Notes: a model not told the origin generated them from the sequence alone. A DNA stretch of 64,000 nucleotides from Candidatus Bathyarchaeota archaeon (GCA_963833125.1 CAWHWX010000001.1:320001-384000); one strand, 5' to 3'. Counted from the first letter of the stretch, positions 1 through 10,288 are shown. Made by a program: numbers and translations.

Positions 1-1
1 A

Positions 2-142
2 CTGGGCAACGGCTCTTTCGCTTACAACGCCACCGCACCCTCCGCCGGCTCATATAACGTCGACGCCTTCTTCCTAGGCGACTACTCAACCAGCCCCCAG
101 TATCTCCCAAGCAAAGCAACCGCCAATGTCACTGTTAATTGA
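2..142 (+). CDS. 3' end of a probable Ig-like surface protein (partial, begins before window)
   Basis: Frame 2 reads LGNGSFAYNATAPSAGSYNVDAFFLGDYSTSPQYLPSKATANVTVN*, a beta-rich Ig-like C-terminus. Confidence 0.6.
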   Translation: MGNGSFAYNATAPSAGSYNVDAFFLGDYSTSPQYLPSKATANVTVN

Positions 143-311
143 CTGGTCCGTCGTATCCGCAGAGGTGCGTACGTACCTCCAATTCCTTGTTTCGTAGGTG
201 CTGCGCACATCTGTTATCGCCCAAACAAGTTTGTTTGGCCAGGGTTACGGATTTGGAAACGCACGGGAGAGTGCTGATGTCGGCTACGTCAGCTAAATGG
301 AAGGTTTCGTT

Positions 312-360
312 TTCGTCGTTCGGTTTGAAGTGTGTATGGGTTTTGGTTTAGTTGGTGTGC
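312..360 (+). repeat. Degenerate copy of dispersed TGG-N6-TGGTG repeat with CGTCGTTCG linker
   Basis: TTCGTCGTTCG...GTGTGTATGG...TGG|TTTAGT|TGGTGTGC. Confidence 0.5.
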
Positions 361-418
361 CGCCTGCGGCGTCGCATGAAGTCTTATTAGGACTAAACAC
401 ACGCTGAGCGCGTTAGGG

Positions 419-862
419 GTGCGGTTTGTGAGGGTCGGAACGGTTTGGGTCAAGTATGTCCTTCTTGTTGCAGTCGTCCTAGCCTTGGCGACAACTATGA
501 TTCCTAACGGGATGTCACTTGCTCCCGCGCAGACCTTCACATGCTCCAGTTTCGTCAGCACATCAACAACCTCTACTACAACGACGACAGTGACAACATC
601 AATTTCGTCTACGCAAGTTCCCGGGTTGAGTGCCGTTTCCACAGTATCTTCATTTCAAACAACGAATACGTCTACCAGTACATCTTGCGATACGCTTTCG
701 GGAACCTTTTCTGAGCTCCTCTCTGACCTTGTTACCGTCGTGATTATTCTCGGAATACCCTTGGCTATTCCTGAATACCCGTTGGGCTTATTCGTACTCG
801 TAATCTTGATCGTGGTTGCGTACCTGTTTATCAAACGTAGGGCGACACGAGAACAGAGCTAG
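419..862 (+). CDS. Ser/Thr-rich secreted protein with PEF-CTERM-like (PEYP) sorting signal
   Basis: N-terminal hydrophobic signal, poly-S/T tract, C-terminal IPEYPLG + TM helix + KRR. Confidence 0.75.
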   Translation: MRFVRVGTVWVKYVLLVAVVLALATTMIPNGMSLAPAQTFTCSSFVSTSTTSTTTTTVTTSISSTQVPGLSAVSTVSSFQTTNTSTSTSCDTLSGTFSELLSDLVTVVIILGIPLAIPEYPLGLFVLVILIVVAYLFIKRRATREQS

Positions 863-951
863 AATCACTTAGACCTAGCGTCAGAATCATCAACCGATTG
901 GTGACAGCCACAAGAATTTTTTGCCCGTGAGGATAACGTTGCCCGTTTTCG

Positions 952-1038
952 GTGTATGTGGTATTAATGAGGCGGCCGTTGGGATTCGGACCGTCGTCGT
1001 TCGTCGTCAGAAAAGTGTGTGTATAGCTGGTGCGCACA
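952..1038 (+). repeat. Two copies of dispersed repeat joined by linker
   Basis: GTGTATGTGG|TATTAA|TGAGGCG (952) and GTGTGTG|TATAGC|TGGTGCGCAC (1015); linker TCGGACCGTCGTCGTTCGTCGTCAGAAAA. Confidence 0.85.
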
Positions 1039-1054
1039 GTCCGGGTCTGGAATT

Positions 1055-1501
1055 CTAGGCTAGATTTTGGTGGGCAATCGTGTGAGAACTCCTGACGGGT
1101 ACGAAGAGTTGTAGTTCGGTTTGACTTCGGTAGAATTCTATGGAAGGTCTTGTCGGGTCAATGTCGTGGACTTTGACCAGTTCTTGATATAATTGGGGGA
1201 GTTGACCGTCGCGGATCTTCTTTTCCCAGTCCAGAATTTTGCGACGAGCGTATATTCCTCCTGGAATCACCCCGGTCTCCAATTGCATCTTACCTGGGTC
1301 GTCGGCGTCGATTCTTGCCACGGACGCGTAGTACTCTTCTCCGTCAGGGGTTTCGTGGAAGACGCCGTAGAATTTTCGACCCTTCAGAGTTGGAAGCTTG
1401 GATTCTAGCAAATCCATGGCCGCCGACGGACCTTTGCCTTTCATGTCTGCTTTGACACGCATGATTGGGATTTCGTTAAGTTCAACATAGGTGTCGTTCA
1501 T
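1055..1501 (-). CDS. GyrI-like small-molecule-binding domain protein
   Basis: 148 aa; KFYGVF..YYASV..IPGGIYAR..RPSIEFY..LFVPV pattern of GyrI-like domains. Confidence 0.75.
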   Translation of the reverse strand: MNDTYVELNEIPIMRVKADMKGKGPSAAMDLLESKLPTLKGRKFYGVFHETPDGEEYYASVARIDADDPGKMQLETGVIPGGIYARRKILDWEKKIRDGQLPQLYQELVKVHDIDPTRPSIEFYRSQTELQLFVPVRSSHTIAHQNLA

Positions 1502-1580
1502 AGAGAACTTCGGCGTGACGTCTGATATTTATGAATTGGAAGATGACTCGTGTCATCTTCTGGTTGCCAGTCATTTTTCT

Positions 1581-1778
1581 GTGGGTGGTATAGCTGGTGC
1601 GTGAAAATGAATTTGAACTGTCGTCGTTCGTCGTAAAGTGTGTGTGTGGTATCGCTGGTGCGAGCGTCGGAAATTGAACCTTCGGTTTTAGTGTGTGGTA
1701 TTAGTGATGCGAGCACCCGAAATTGAACCGTCTGTCAGGCGTAATTTTGCGTGTGTGCGCACCAGCTATGCCAAGCAC
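1581..1778. repeat. Cluster of four repeat copies (three direct, one inverted)
   Basis: Cores TATAGC (1589), TATCGC (1650), TATTAG (1699) on +, CATAGC on - (1751-1778); linkers share AA(A/T)TTGAAC. Confidence 0.9.
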
Positions 1779-1812
1779 GAAATGAATCTCCTGAACAGAT
1801 TTTTTGGTATCA

Positions 1813-2583
1813 TTAAATTCGAGGGGAAACTGTCCAGGTCCGGTAGTCTAGGATGTGGCGGAATCCCATTTTGAGATACACTGGGAATCCGATGGGGCTT
1901 GCCTGCAATGATGAGAGATCGCATCCGTGTTGAAATCCATCTTTCACAGCGAAAGCGCTCATGGCTGCGCCGAATCCTCTACCCCTGAATTCTGGGATGG
2001 TGCTCACGCCGTAGATTCCTGCAACGTTATCGGTTTCGTACAGAATAGAGGTAGCTACCGGCTTACCGCTGCAGATTCCCAGATAGTACGTCAAGCCTTT
2101 CGTTGCAAGGCTCTGAGGCGTAGCTAAACGGTCGAAGAAATTTGGGTCAGACATCTGGAAACCGAGAGCTGCTGCTCGCTCCCAAGACAAGCGTTCGCTT
2201 ACGTCACGAACTTGGCGGATTTCCAAGTCGGAAGGCAGGGGTCGGAGGGTAGCTGCTTCCTTGGGCAAAATCATTTCTGGATCCCTCCTAAACCGCGTGA
2301 CCGGTACGTGCCGAGGTATCTCGTAGAAATCATCTCCAACCGAGGGAGGCACAACGATCTTCCATTCAGACCTTTGCTCAGCAAAGAAGCGCTTCACTCT
2401 CTCCAGAGTCTCAGGCCGCACACCAGCCTTGTCCGATACCAGAGCACAATTCCAGTCATTCAATAGGATAGGACTGCGCATACACATAACCCCCGGAAAA
2501 TACTCAATCGTACCTCCGCTCTCAGCTGCGAAGGCGGATGAAGCAGCGAAGAAATTACGCGTCACACGTTCTTCGGTTGACAT
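1813..2583 (-). CDS. GNAT family N-acetyltransferase
   Basis: AGIYGVSTIPEFRGRGFG acetyl-CoA motif, LQAS..G..VY.KMGF; start set at ATG 2583 to avoid overlap with the upstream gene. Confidence 0.85.
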   Translation of the reverse strand: MSTEERVTRNFFAASSAFAAESGGTIEYFPGVMCMRSPILLNDWNCALVSDKAGVRPETLERVKRFFAEQRSEWKIVVPPSVGDDFYEIPRHVPVTRFRRDPEMILPKEAATLRPLPSDLEIRQVRDVSERLSWERAAALGFQMSDPNFFDRLATPQSLATKGLTYYLGICSGKPVATSILYETDNVAGIYGVSTIPEFRGRGFGAAMSAFAVKDGFQHGCDLSSLQASPIGFPVYLKMGFRHILDYRTWTVSPRI

Positions 2584-2615
2584 AATACCACGAAAAACAG
2601 TACCAGTATCCACCG

Positions 2616-3434
2616 CTACGTGGCGAGTGTTGCTTCTCCGTTTGGTTTGATTTCTATTTGATGCCAAGCCGAGTCATGAGGTTGTCCTCTGAGACTCCTG
2701 ATTCTCAGAAAGTTCTGGGCCTTCTCTTCTTTTTCCATTACTCTGATGTCTATAACTCCGTCCCAATCGGCTTCCATGCGTCGATACACCCATTCGGGAT
2801 GGACTCCGCGAACGAAGCCCTGTAAGGTGATACGGTTCGCTCTCCGCTCGTTTGGATTAACTCTGCTTTCCATCCACTCCACGTATGCTTTCTCGTCGTT
2901 GAATCGCATTTGCGAGGAACACGATTCGACCAATAACAAACTCCATCCGGCCATGTGTGTTTGCCCTACTGTGTCCCTTTCATAGACTTCCGGGCTCAAC
3001 TTTGTCCATTTGAGCCATTCGAGGCTGAGGTCTGAAACCTTCAAAGACCGGACTCTGACTCCCCCATCGATTTGTTCGAAGAGTCCTTCATGCCCTCCTT
3101 CAGTTCTTACACGGCCACCGGTGAGGGTTGCGGAATACCAGTCCTGGACTTCGAGACGTCCTTCCTTCAATGTCGCCGATACATTAATTTCCAAAGCCGA
3201 TAAGGCATCTAAGACATTATTCCTCGATCTTGCCATCGCCAAATAACCAACACTTCTGTTTTCCAGTAGAGTTTTCGCGGCAATAGTCGCGGCGACGGCG
3301 AACCATTGAGACTCAGGATCAAATTCAACGCCAAAGATCGTTGCAGGTTTAATTCCGCCCGGAATAAGTTGAGTTAGAAGAGGAATGTCAACGCGGCCAG
3401 CGGAAGGCAAGTTATACCTGACAAAAGTAGACAT
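2616..3434 (-). CDS. RAD55/KaiC-like RecA-fold protein with degenerate Walker A
   Basis: IPLLTQLIPGGI start, EFDPESQW replacing GxxGxGKT, DGVIDIR..LRIRSLRG..HDS C-terminal KaiC/RAD55 motif. Confidence 0.75.
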   Translation of the reverse strand: MSTFVRYNLPSAGRVDIPLLTQLIPGGIKPATIFGVEFDPESQWFAVAATIAAKTLLENRSVGYLAMARSRNNVLDALSALEINVSATLKEGRLEVQDWYSATLTGGRVRTEGGHEGLFEQIDGGVRVRSLKVSDLSLEWLKWTKLSPEVYERDTVGQTHMAGWSLLLVESCSSQMRFNDEKAYVEWMESRVNPNERRANRITLQGFVRGVHPEWVYRRMEADWDGVIDIRVMEKEEKAQNFLRIRSLRGQPHDSAWHQIEIKPNGEATLAT

Positions 3435-3497
3435 TCAACTAACCAAAAGCATTGACGGTCCAAGTTTTCAGCCAAGTGCGTGTAAGCATGATGTGAG

Positions 3498-4433
3498 TTA
3501 ACCGATAAGTATCTGAGCAAGCTGGTGTGGCTCAATGTTTCCGCCGGTTACGAGAAGCGCTACGTTCTTCCCCTGCAATTCGTCCCGGATTTTTGTGGCG
3601 GCGGCTGTTGAGGCTGCTCCTGATAACTCAGCTACTTGACCAGTAGTTGAGAAGATCGTTCTCACAGCTTCCATCATTTCCGCGTCGCTGACGAGAACGA
3701 CATCATCCAACTTCTCCTTTAGAAAACTGAACGGCAACTCATAGGCCTGTGAAGTAGCCAATCCCTCAGCCTTCGTCTTTACGCCATTAGTGGACGTAAT
3801 CGACCCGCTCTTCCATGACTTGTAAAAGGCTGGTGCACCTTCGGCTTGCACGCCAATCACTCTGATCTTCGGGTCGATGGACTTGTAGACGATACACGCC
3901 GAGGATGCCGCTGACCCGCCTCCGATCGGAGCGATCACAATATCCAAATCGGGCTGTTCTTCGATGACTTCCAAATGCATAGTGGCAACGCCTTCGAAGA
4001 GCAGCGGCTCATTGCTAGCATGGATGTACAGGTACCCATTCTGAGAAGCCAGCTTCTCCGCGTACTCACGTGCCTCATCATAGTAGCTTCCGTGGAAAAG
4101 AAGTTCTGCACCCAAATCCTTGACAGCCTCAGACTTTAGCTGAGGGACGCCGTGTGGCATAACAATCTTGACCTGTACTCCGAATAGCTTGCCTGCATAG
4201 GCTACTGACTGAGCGTGATTACCTGTCGACGCCGTAATGACTGTACGAGATTGGCCTTGCTTCACCAAGTTCTCAATAAAGCGCACACCTCCGCGAACTT
4301 TGAATGCCCGTGTGGGCTGGAGATTCTCCAGTTTGAGGAAGACCTCGCACCCAAGTAGTTTCGAAAGCCCTCTCGGGTGAATCAGAGGGGTCGGCTTCAA
4401 GTAACGATTAACGATTGTTCGTGCGACAAACAC
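3498..4433 (-). CDS. PLP-dependent threonine/serine dehydratase
   Basis: KLENLQPTRAFKVRG, ASTGNHAQ, PIGGGS motifs; true start may lie slightly upstream. Confidence 0.9.
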   Translation of the reverse strand: MFVARTIVNRYLKPTPLIHPRGLSKLLGCEVFLKLENLQPTRAFKVRGGVRFIENLVKQGQSRTVITASTGNHAQSVAYAGKLFGVQVKIVMPHGVPQLKSEAVKDLGAELLFHGSYYDEAREYAEKLASQNGYLYIHASNEPLLFEGVATMHLEVIEEQPDLDIVIAPIGGGSAASSACIVYKSIDPKIRVIGVQAEGAPAFYKSWKSGSITSTNGVKTKAEGLATSQAYELPFSFLKEKLDDVVLVSDAEMMEAVRTIFSTTGQVAELSGAASTAAATKIRDELQGKNVALLVTGGNIEPHQLAQILIG

Positions 4434-4615
4434 ATCGAGCAGACGTGGAATCTGAGATTGCGCCGATATTCATCACGCTCACCTTTCCCGTTGCTAATTT
4501 CCACTCCGATAAGAGCCTTCAACTAAAGAAGCTGTTCATTCGACAAACAAAATCACCGGCTCAGTTTCCAGTATTTTACCACAATCGAACCAAACCCTCG
4601 TGGAGACTTCCTCGG

Positions 4616-5515
4616 TCATGGATGAGGCTCGGGTTCCAGGGGTTTGCCGTAGATGGTCGTGATTGCAGTAGATACTAGTATCAAGAAACCGCCGAACCAT
4701 TGAGATATGGTGAGTTTGTTTCCGAAGAGGGCTAGCGAGAGAAGTACTGAGGTGACCGGTTCGATGAGGCTGATCAATGCAGCTCTTGAGGGACCTATTT
4801 TCGAAATGCCGATGAAGAAAGCAGTTGCTGCGAAAACGGTGCATACGAGTGTTATGGTCAGCACCCAGAACCATCCAGCAACGCTCCAGTTCAAACGGAT
4901 CGAACCGGTCAGTGCTCCGGTTAAGCCAAAGGTTACCGACGCGGCTCCCATCACGTAGAAGGCAGCTACGTCTCCCTTTACCCTTCTAAGAACCTTCGAG
5001 CTGCTTAGAATGTAGATCGTGTATACTATCGATGAAGCAAATGCGAGGAACACGCCGAGGCCGATAGCTGTCCCGAACGGATTTGCAACCAAGACCAAAC
5101 CAATCAATGCTATTACGAAAACTCCTGCGAGACGGCGCGGTACCCGCTCCCATCCTAACAAGAATGCGCCTAACGTAACGAAGACTGGGTAGGTGTAAAG
5201 AAGCAGCGCAACGATTGCAACAGGCGAAAAGAGGAGAGCTGTAAAGTAGAAAGTGGATTGCAGGAAGTAGACCAATGCACCGAGTATAATCAACGCCAAA
5301 AGGTCGGTTCTCTTGGGAAGAACCAGCCTATGGGAAAGGGCGAGAAGTGTTCCCATAATCAGGAATGCGAGAAGGAATCTGACGAAGAGAAGCTCATCAA
5401 CACCAACTCCTTGAGCGTAGGCTAACTTAGCGAAGATGGGCTGGAAGCCAAACGCGACGGCTGACACAAAAACAAGGATTGTTCCTTCGTGATCACTCTT
5501 CATAGGGAGCCACAA
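4616..5515 (-). CDS. DMT/EamA family transporter
   Basis: About 10 TM helices in two EamA repeats; LLYTYPVFV, LIEPV motifs. Confidence 0.9.
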   Translation of the reverse strand: MWLPMKSDHEGTILVFVSAVAFGFQPIFAKLAYAQGVGVDELLFVRFLLAFLIMGTLLALSHRLVLPKRTDLLALIILGALVYFLQSTFYFTALLFSPVAIVALLLYTYPVFVTLGAFLLGWERVPRRLAGVFVIALIGLVLVANPFGTAIGLGVFLAFASSIVYTIYILSSSKVLRRVKGDVAAFYVMGAASVTFGLTGALTGSIRLNWSVAGWFWVLTITLVCTVFAATAFFIGISKIGPSRAALISLIEPVTSVLLSLALFGNKLTISQWFGGFLILVSTAITTIYGKPLEPEPHP

Positions 5516-5530
5516 TAGGTTGATCTGATT

Positions 5531-6472
5531 CTAGCGTAAGTCGCACAGAACGTATCGATCTGGTCGATCAAATGCTGGCTCATTCGGCCTTAGCATTAGG
5601 ACTCCTTGAAAGTCAGCACGAAAACCTCGCGCAATCATTCTCCGGTACGCATTATGGCATGCGGAGTTTACGCCCGCGACTACATCCGTCACCCCTTTCA
5701 CAGTAGCTAACTCTTCGCAGGCATTTAGCAACCTGTCAAAGAAAACCTCCGCACTTGATCCGCTCCGAACGGCTCCGAACTTGACGTAGCATGTGTCTCT
5801 TCCAGCTTCAGTGCCCGGCCCGCAGTGACAAACAGCAACGCCAACAACCGTTTCTCCTTCCCACAAGAGTACGGTGTCGCCAAGTCCCTGCTTGCGGACT
5901 GACATTATTTCTCGTTCCAGATCCAACCCTTCGTAGACCGAGTTGGTCACGCTTCGACACATCTCCAAGCATCTTCCCATCTCAACGTGAGGCACATCGG
6001 AAAACTTAGACCACCCCTCGAAAGTGCCTTTACCCTGGGTAGTCTTCGACATCAGGAGTGTAAGAAATCGTGGCCAAAACCCGTACTTCTGGTACAAGCC
6101 TATGTGTTTTGGGCTCTGAGCGAACGTGAACAGACCTACACGGCTGACACCCCATTTATTGAAAAGATCCATAGCGGGCTCGAGCAGAAGTTTAGCAATA
6201 CCTCGATCCCACAGATCGGGACGCACAGTTAACGGTCCGAAGAAACCAAAACTGCCCCATCTTGTGGCAAAGTTAGAACCTACAAGCTCGCCATCGCTTT
6301 CAGCACCAAAAGCCGCATTCGGATCCGCAAGCCAACGAGTCCTCACGTGATCCATCCCTTCGCCGAAGCTTGCTGGATCAGGAACACCCATGAATGTTCC
6401 AAAAGCCACGCGCATGATGTGATCGGCCGTCTGCAAATCTTCCTCTTTCAAGAGTCGCACTTTGAATTCCAT
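5531..6472 (-). CDS. GNAT family N-acetyltransferase (tandem domain)
   Basis: GPLTVRPDLWDRGIAKLL, LYQKYGF. Confidence 0.85.
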   Translation of the reverse strand: MEFKVRLLKEEDLQTADHIMRVAFGTFMGVPDPASFGEGMDHVRTRWLADPNAAFGAESDGELVGSNFATRWGSFGFFGPLTVRPDLWDRGIAKLLLEPAMDLFNKWGVSRVGLFTFAQSPKHIGLYQKYGFWPRFLTLLMSKTTQGKGTFEGWSKFSDVPHVEMGRCLEMCRSVTNSVYEGLDLEREIMSVRKQGLGDTVLLWEGETVVGVAVCHCGPGTEAGRDTCYVKFGAVRSGSSAEVFFDRLLNACEELATVKGVTDVVAGVNSACHNAYRRMIARGFRADFQGVLMLRPNEPAFDRPDRYVLCDLR

Positions 6473-6585
6473 TCGCTAAACGCCGTCGACGTCTTGCATA
6501 TCAGAGATGATTAGCTTTCCGCCAAATCCTTGGTCGGCGAATATAAGTGTCAATTTGCAGGTCAACAGCAACAGTTACAGTTTGT

Positions 6586-7083
6586 TCAACGATTCAATGA
6601 TGACAGTAACACCACGTTCTGCAAACCTGCCATCCAGTGCCCTATCGCTAACAAAATCATGAACAACATGATTGCTGCGGCTTGACCAGCGGCCGTTGTC
6701 GCGAACGAACTTGTTCTCGTAACTGAGTAGGCTTTCCAAATCAAAACTATTTCAAACGCCCAGGTAGCAGCTAAGCCAATGAACAGGCCTGTAGTACCCA
6801 AGCCCAAGTTATACATGAGGAATATTACGAAGATATTTCCAACTTCTTCGAAGCTGCCCCTGAACATGGGATTAACGAACGCAGTAATCGTTGACGCAGA
6901 ATCAATCAGCTCACCCGTCACTAAGGCCAACGTAGCAATGGTCACGTAGAATCGAAGCGACGCCAACTCTGTTACGACACATCCGCCTATCCGGTGACTG
7001 AGAATAGTACCAACAGGTTTTGTTAAGTTGATGGGCGTTGATTCGACTGTTAGGTGCCGGGTGTCGAGGGTATGATGTCTCAA
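6586..7083 (-). CDS. Hypothetical membrane protein (start uncertain, probably downstream of 7083)
   Basis: About 3 hydrophobic helices; no recognisable motif. Confidence 0.5.
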   Translation of the reverse strand: MRHHTLDTRHLTVESTPINLTKPVGTILSHRIGGCVVTELASLRFYVTIATLALVTGELIDSASTITAFVNPMFRGSFEEVGNIFVIFLMYNLGLGTTGLFIGLAATWAFEIVLIWKAYSVTRTSSFATTAAGQAAAIMLFMILLAIGHWMAGLQNVVLLSSLNR

Positions 7084-7407
7084 GTTCCGTTGATTAAGGC
7101 TCTGTCAAAAATCGAAGGGTTCGGAGCGTTTGCCTCACGACGAATAGAAAAGGAGTCTCAAATTGCGGTTTGGGATGGACCTTATGCTCACGAACTACCG
7201 AGTGATGCTTCTGCGAAATACTACCTGTATGTCAGACCGCACGTATACCTCGTAGGCTTCGGAGGGGACTACCCAGAATCTTTCATCAATCATTCCCGCA
7301 ATCCGAACAGCAAAATCGTTTGGACCGGTGACATAGCGATTCTTGTTGCAATACGCGACATTGAACAGAACGAAGAAGTTACCTTCGATTATGGGTTTTC
7401 GCCATGA
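7072..7407 (+). CDS. SET-domain protein-lysine methyltransferase
   Basis: SKIEGFGAFA, FINHSRNPN, AIRDIEQNEEVTFDYG SET signatures; no post-SET Cys. Confidence 0.85.
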   Translation: MMSQVPLIKALSKIEGFGAFASRRIEKESQIAVWDGPYAHELPSDASAKYYLYVRPHVYLVGFGGDYPESFINHSRNPNSKIVWTGDIAILVAIRDIEQNEEVTFDYGFSP

Positions 7408-7524
7408 TGCTGCAAGTTAATTATCGCCCGACAGTTAACAAGCCTATCGAGCACACTTCAACTTAACAGAACCCGATTCAGTTACAGATATTACGGTCTT
7501 TACATTTGTTGGCTGCTGAGTTGT

Positions 7525-8196
7525 TTGAGTGTGAAGTGTCCGTCTTGCGGTAACGAGATGCCGGAAGGTAACAAGTTCTGTCCCAGTTGCGGTTTCAAGG
7601 TCGAAACCACACAACCCCAAGCAGCAAGCCCCGTCGGCTCCAGTTCAGTTTTCTCGGGTATGGAGTATATTATCGAGCAGAAGATTGCTGCATTGCGGGA
7701 TACGTTCGGCATTAAGGACAGAAACGGCAACTTGCTGGCTTACGTGAAGAAGAAACTCGTCAGTTGGGGGCCACAATTCTATTTCGAAACACCAGACGGA
7801 TCCACGTTGGGTGAGATGAAGGGTAAGGTACTAACGGTCAGGCCGACGTTCGAAATTTACAACCCCCAAGGACTTGTAGCAGTGGTCAAGAAGAAGGTCC
7901 TGAAGCTGCTAGGTTCGGAATGGTGGCTTGAAGATTCGACCGGGAAGGAGATTGCGAGAATTAATGGGAATATAACTGCGCATGAGTTTTCCATTCAAAG
8001 CCCATCAGGTAACACAATAGCCCAGATTCATAAGAAATGGGTGAGCATTCGTGATTCCTATGGCGTAGAAATACAGAGCCGAGAAATCGATCCGTATGTG
8101 ATTCTGGCTTATGCGATCGCCATGGACAACGCCGAATTCAAAGGTGCAAAGAAGGGCTTCGGCATTGGGTTCGGAGGCATACGAACCGACTTCTAA
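7525..8196 (+). CDS. Zinc-ribbon + LURP-one/scramblase (tubby C-like) protein
   Basis: CPSCG..FCPSCG N-terminus; IAQIHKKWVSIRDSYGVEI LURP-one motif. Confidence 0.85.
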   Translation: MSVKCPSCGNEMPEGNKFCPSCGFKVETTQPQAASPVGSSSVFSGMEYIIEQKIAALRDTFGIKDRNGNLLAYVKKKLVSWGPQFYFETPDGSTLGEMKGKVLTVRPTFEIYNPQGLVAVVKKKVLKLLGSEWWLEDSTGKEIARINGNITAHEFSIQSPSGNTIAQIHKKWVSIRDSYGVEIQSREIDPYVILAYAIAMDNAEFKGAKKGFGIGFGGIRTDF

Positions 8197-8294
8197 CTGA
8201 AATGGTATACTTGGAGGTTCTCAAATGCCTGGTACATTGAGAACTTTTCAGCGAGATTCAGAGTTTCTGTGGCAATTGTGCATTTCGGTCTTTC

Positions 8295-8314
8295 GCGTGT
8301 GGGTCTGGTGACTG
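8295..8314 (+). repeat. Degenerate repeat copy
   Basis: GCGTGTGG|GTCTGG|TGACTG between convergent genes. Confidence 0.4.
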
Positions 8315-8337
8315 TTACCGGTACGGTTTCGTTTCAA

Positions 8338-9207
8338 TCATCCAATAATCGCGATCATGAGTAGGCCTGTGATCACGCAGGCGAGAGCGACCAGTTGAAG
8401 CCGATTCAACTTCTCACGAAGCAATATCACGGCGGCCGTCACTGTGACGAGCGGATAGGCACTGGATATTGGAGCAACAAGCGACACGAAGCCCATGCTA
8501 AGCGCAAATGTGAGAGCGAGTGTGCCAGAGACATTAAGGGCAAGGCCAGTCGCTCCGAAAACCCAAGCAGTCCATGACGGCTTCCCAACATTCGAATGTC
8601 CTTGTCCGCTTCGAAACCACATGTAGGCTAAGGGCACCGTGACTGCTGAGATTACGTAAAAGCCGAAAACATTTCCCACACCAATTTTGCTGACCGTAAT
8701 TTTTGCGGTCAGACTCCATAAACCCCAGAGTGCGAACGCCAACAGCGCGAAGAACAAGGATCTTCTCGGGATGGAATACCGTGAATGCGGATTCCGCTCG
8801 TAGGACAAAGCTACGATGCCACAGATTATAGCAGCAACTCCAACTAATTCCGCACCCGTCAGAGACTCTGAAAGGAACGCAAGCGCGCCGATGACAGTCA
8901 AGCTAGGATAGGCGGCTGATATGGTTCCCACGATTGCGACTTGACCGTCCACCACTGATTCTAAGAAGCAGATGTAAGCAGCTGTCCCGACAAAAGCTGA
9001 AGCCGCTGCAAGAGCACCGTATTCTAAGTCAACAACTGCGTTGTTGTGCCAAAAGAGGAAACCTGCAAAATACGCCATGCCCTCAATAACCACTACAAGC
9101 CCGGCTATGCGCGCTACTCCAAGCCTCGGAGTGCTTAGCTTGGCAAAGACATTACCGAAACCCCATAGAAACGCGGTCAGTATCGCAAAAACGAACCAGT
9201 ACTCCAT
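8338..9207 (-). CDS. DMT/EamA family transporter
   Basis: Two EamA repeats, ISAAYP and APISSAYP motifs; likely start MEYWF. Confidence 0.85.
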   Translation of the reverse strand: MEYWFVFAILTAFLWGFGNVFAKLSTPRLGVARIAGLVVVIEGMAYFAGFLFWHNNAVVDLEYGALAAASAFVGTAAYICFLESVVDGQVAIVGTISAAYPSLTVIGALAFLSESLTGAELVGVAAIICGIVALSYERNPHSRYSIPRRSLFFALLAFALWGLWSLTAKITVSKIGVGNVFGFYVISAVTVPLAYMWFRSGQGHSNVGKPSWTAWVFGATGLALNVSGTLALTFALSMGFVSLVAPISSAYPLVTVTAAVILLREKLNRLQLVALACVITGLLMIAIIG

Positions 9208-9474
9208 GAAACCATACCGTCCGCGACTCGTTCCAGGCACACTCCACTCGGACTCCTTAGACTTTAGTGCTTCCGGCCGAGAGACTACTACCATCGTCGA
9301 TTTTCATTTGGAATCGGCTGGATCCTTCACTCCGTTGTTGCTGTTGGTGTAACTCAGCTGTTCTAAGGTTGTGAATTGTTATAGTCTAAGAGTAGAGTTT
9401 ACCAGCCGCTTACGTAAATACTGTAACGGCCAGTATCCTATACTTCTAACCTGCCGTAAAAGGAGCATTCACAT

Positions 9475-9530
9475 GTGTGTGGTATAGCTGGTGCGCGCAC
9501 ACACACACACTTATTGAAGGAACGACGATC
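9475..9530 (+). repeat. Repeat copy with CA tail and inverted linker
   Basis: GTGTGTGG|TATAGC|TGGTGCGCGCACACACACACAC followed by GAAGGAACGACGA. Confidence 0.9.
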
Positions 9531-9567
9531 CAAAATATGACGGAGCACGAGGTGCGTATTCGGTGAG

Positions 9568-10035
9568 TTATCGATGTCTTCTATAGTCCTTCTCTAGCGC
9601 GGCCGCATACTTTGTCCAGACGTCATGAATAGATTTCAGATAATCTGATTTCGACGGATAGTCTCCGATTTTCCATCGTTCAATAAACTTCATGTCCAGT
9701 CTAGTCTTCGCGGAACCGAGTTTCGATAATCTGTATTCTCCCTCTTCGTCATCTTCGTCTCCTCTGGAGTCTAGATGCCAGGACCTGGGTGGGTGTAGAG
9801 TGACTATGTTCACGGCGGTCCGGGTTTTTCCACCGCTCTTGTAGCGAATTGTATAGATCACTCTTTCTTTCGTCTTCTCGAGTATCTTCCTCCTGTTCCC
9901 TGAACCAGTTATCTTCGGGTCGGTGTCACGGAAGTCTGTACACCACCGGTAAGCGAATTTTAATGGCGCGTTGAGCACCTTGGTTGCATGGTAGGTTCTT
10001 ACGTCAGGTTTCTTCGCAGACACGTCGCAAGCCAC
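9568..10035 (-). CDS. SRPBCC/START-like fold protein
   Basis: LNAPLKFAYRWCTDF start, beta-sheet core, C-terminal W-containing helix. Confidence 0.6.
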   Translation of the reverse strand: MACDVSAKKPDVRTYHATKVLNAPLKFAYRWCTDFRDTDPKITGSGNRRKILEKTKERVIYTIRYKSGGKTRTAVNIVTLHPPRSWHLDSRGDEDDEEGEYRLSKLGSAKTRLDMKFIERWKIGDYPSKSDYLKSIHDVWTKYAAALEKDYRRHR

Positions 10036-10121
10036 CGGTGTTAACCCGTTTCCGTTGTGTCGTTATAAATCGCTTACGGAATTTCCCATCCTCAAATCTT
10101 GGCAGACGTTGAGTTAGCTTA

Positions 10122-10212
10122 GTGTGTGCGTGGTATGCTGGTGCGCACACACACTTTTCTGACGACGAACGACGGTCCGATTTTGGACGCCCTCACCAGT
10201 GGATACACGCAC
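10122..10212. repeat. Inverted pair of repeat copies with linker
   Basis: GTGTGTGCGTG|GTATGC|TGGTGCGCACACACAC, then TTTTCTGACGACGAACGACGGTCCGA (near reverse complement of 986-1014), then a degenerate - strand copy. Confidence 0.85.
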
Positions 10213-10288
10213 AAAAGAAAAACGACGGCAGTGGATCTCTAATACCGTAAGCAACTCTCAAATACTCCAATCATGCGAAGTCTGATTT

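Noticed and set aside
1581-1778. CRISPR array (regular spacing, ATTGAAC-like motif)
   Set aside because: Repeats are degenerate, one is inverted, the intervening sequences resemble each other rather than being unique spacers, and the same motif is dispersed singly elsewhere
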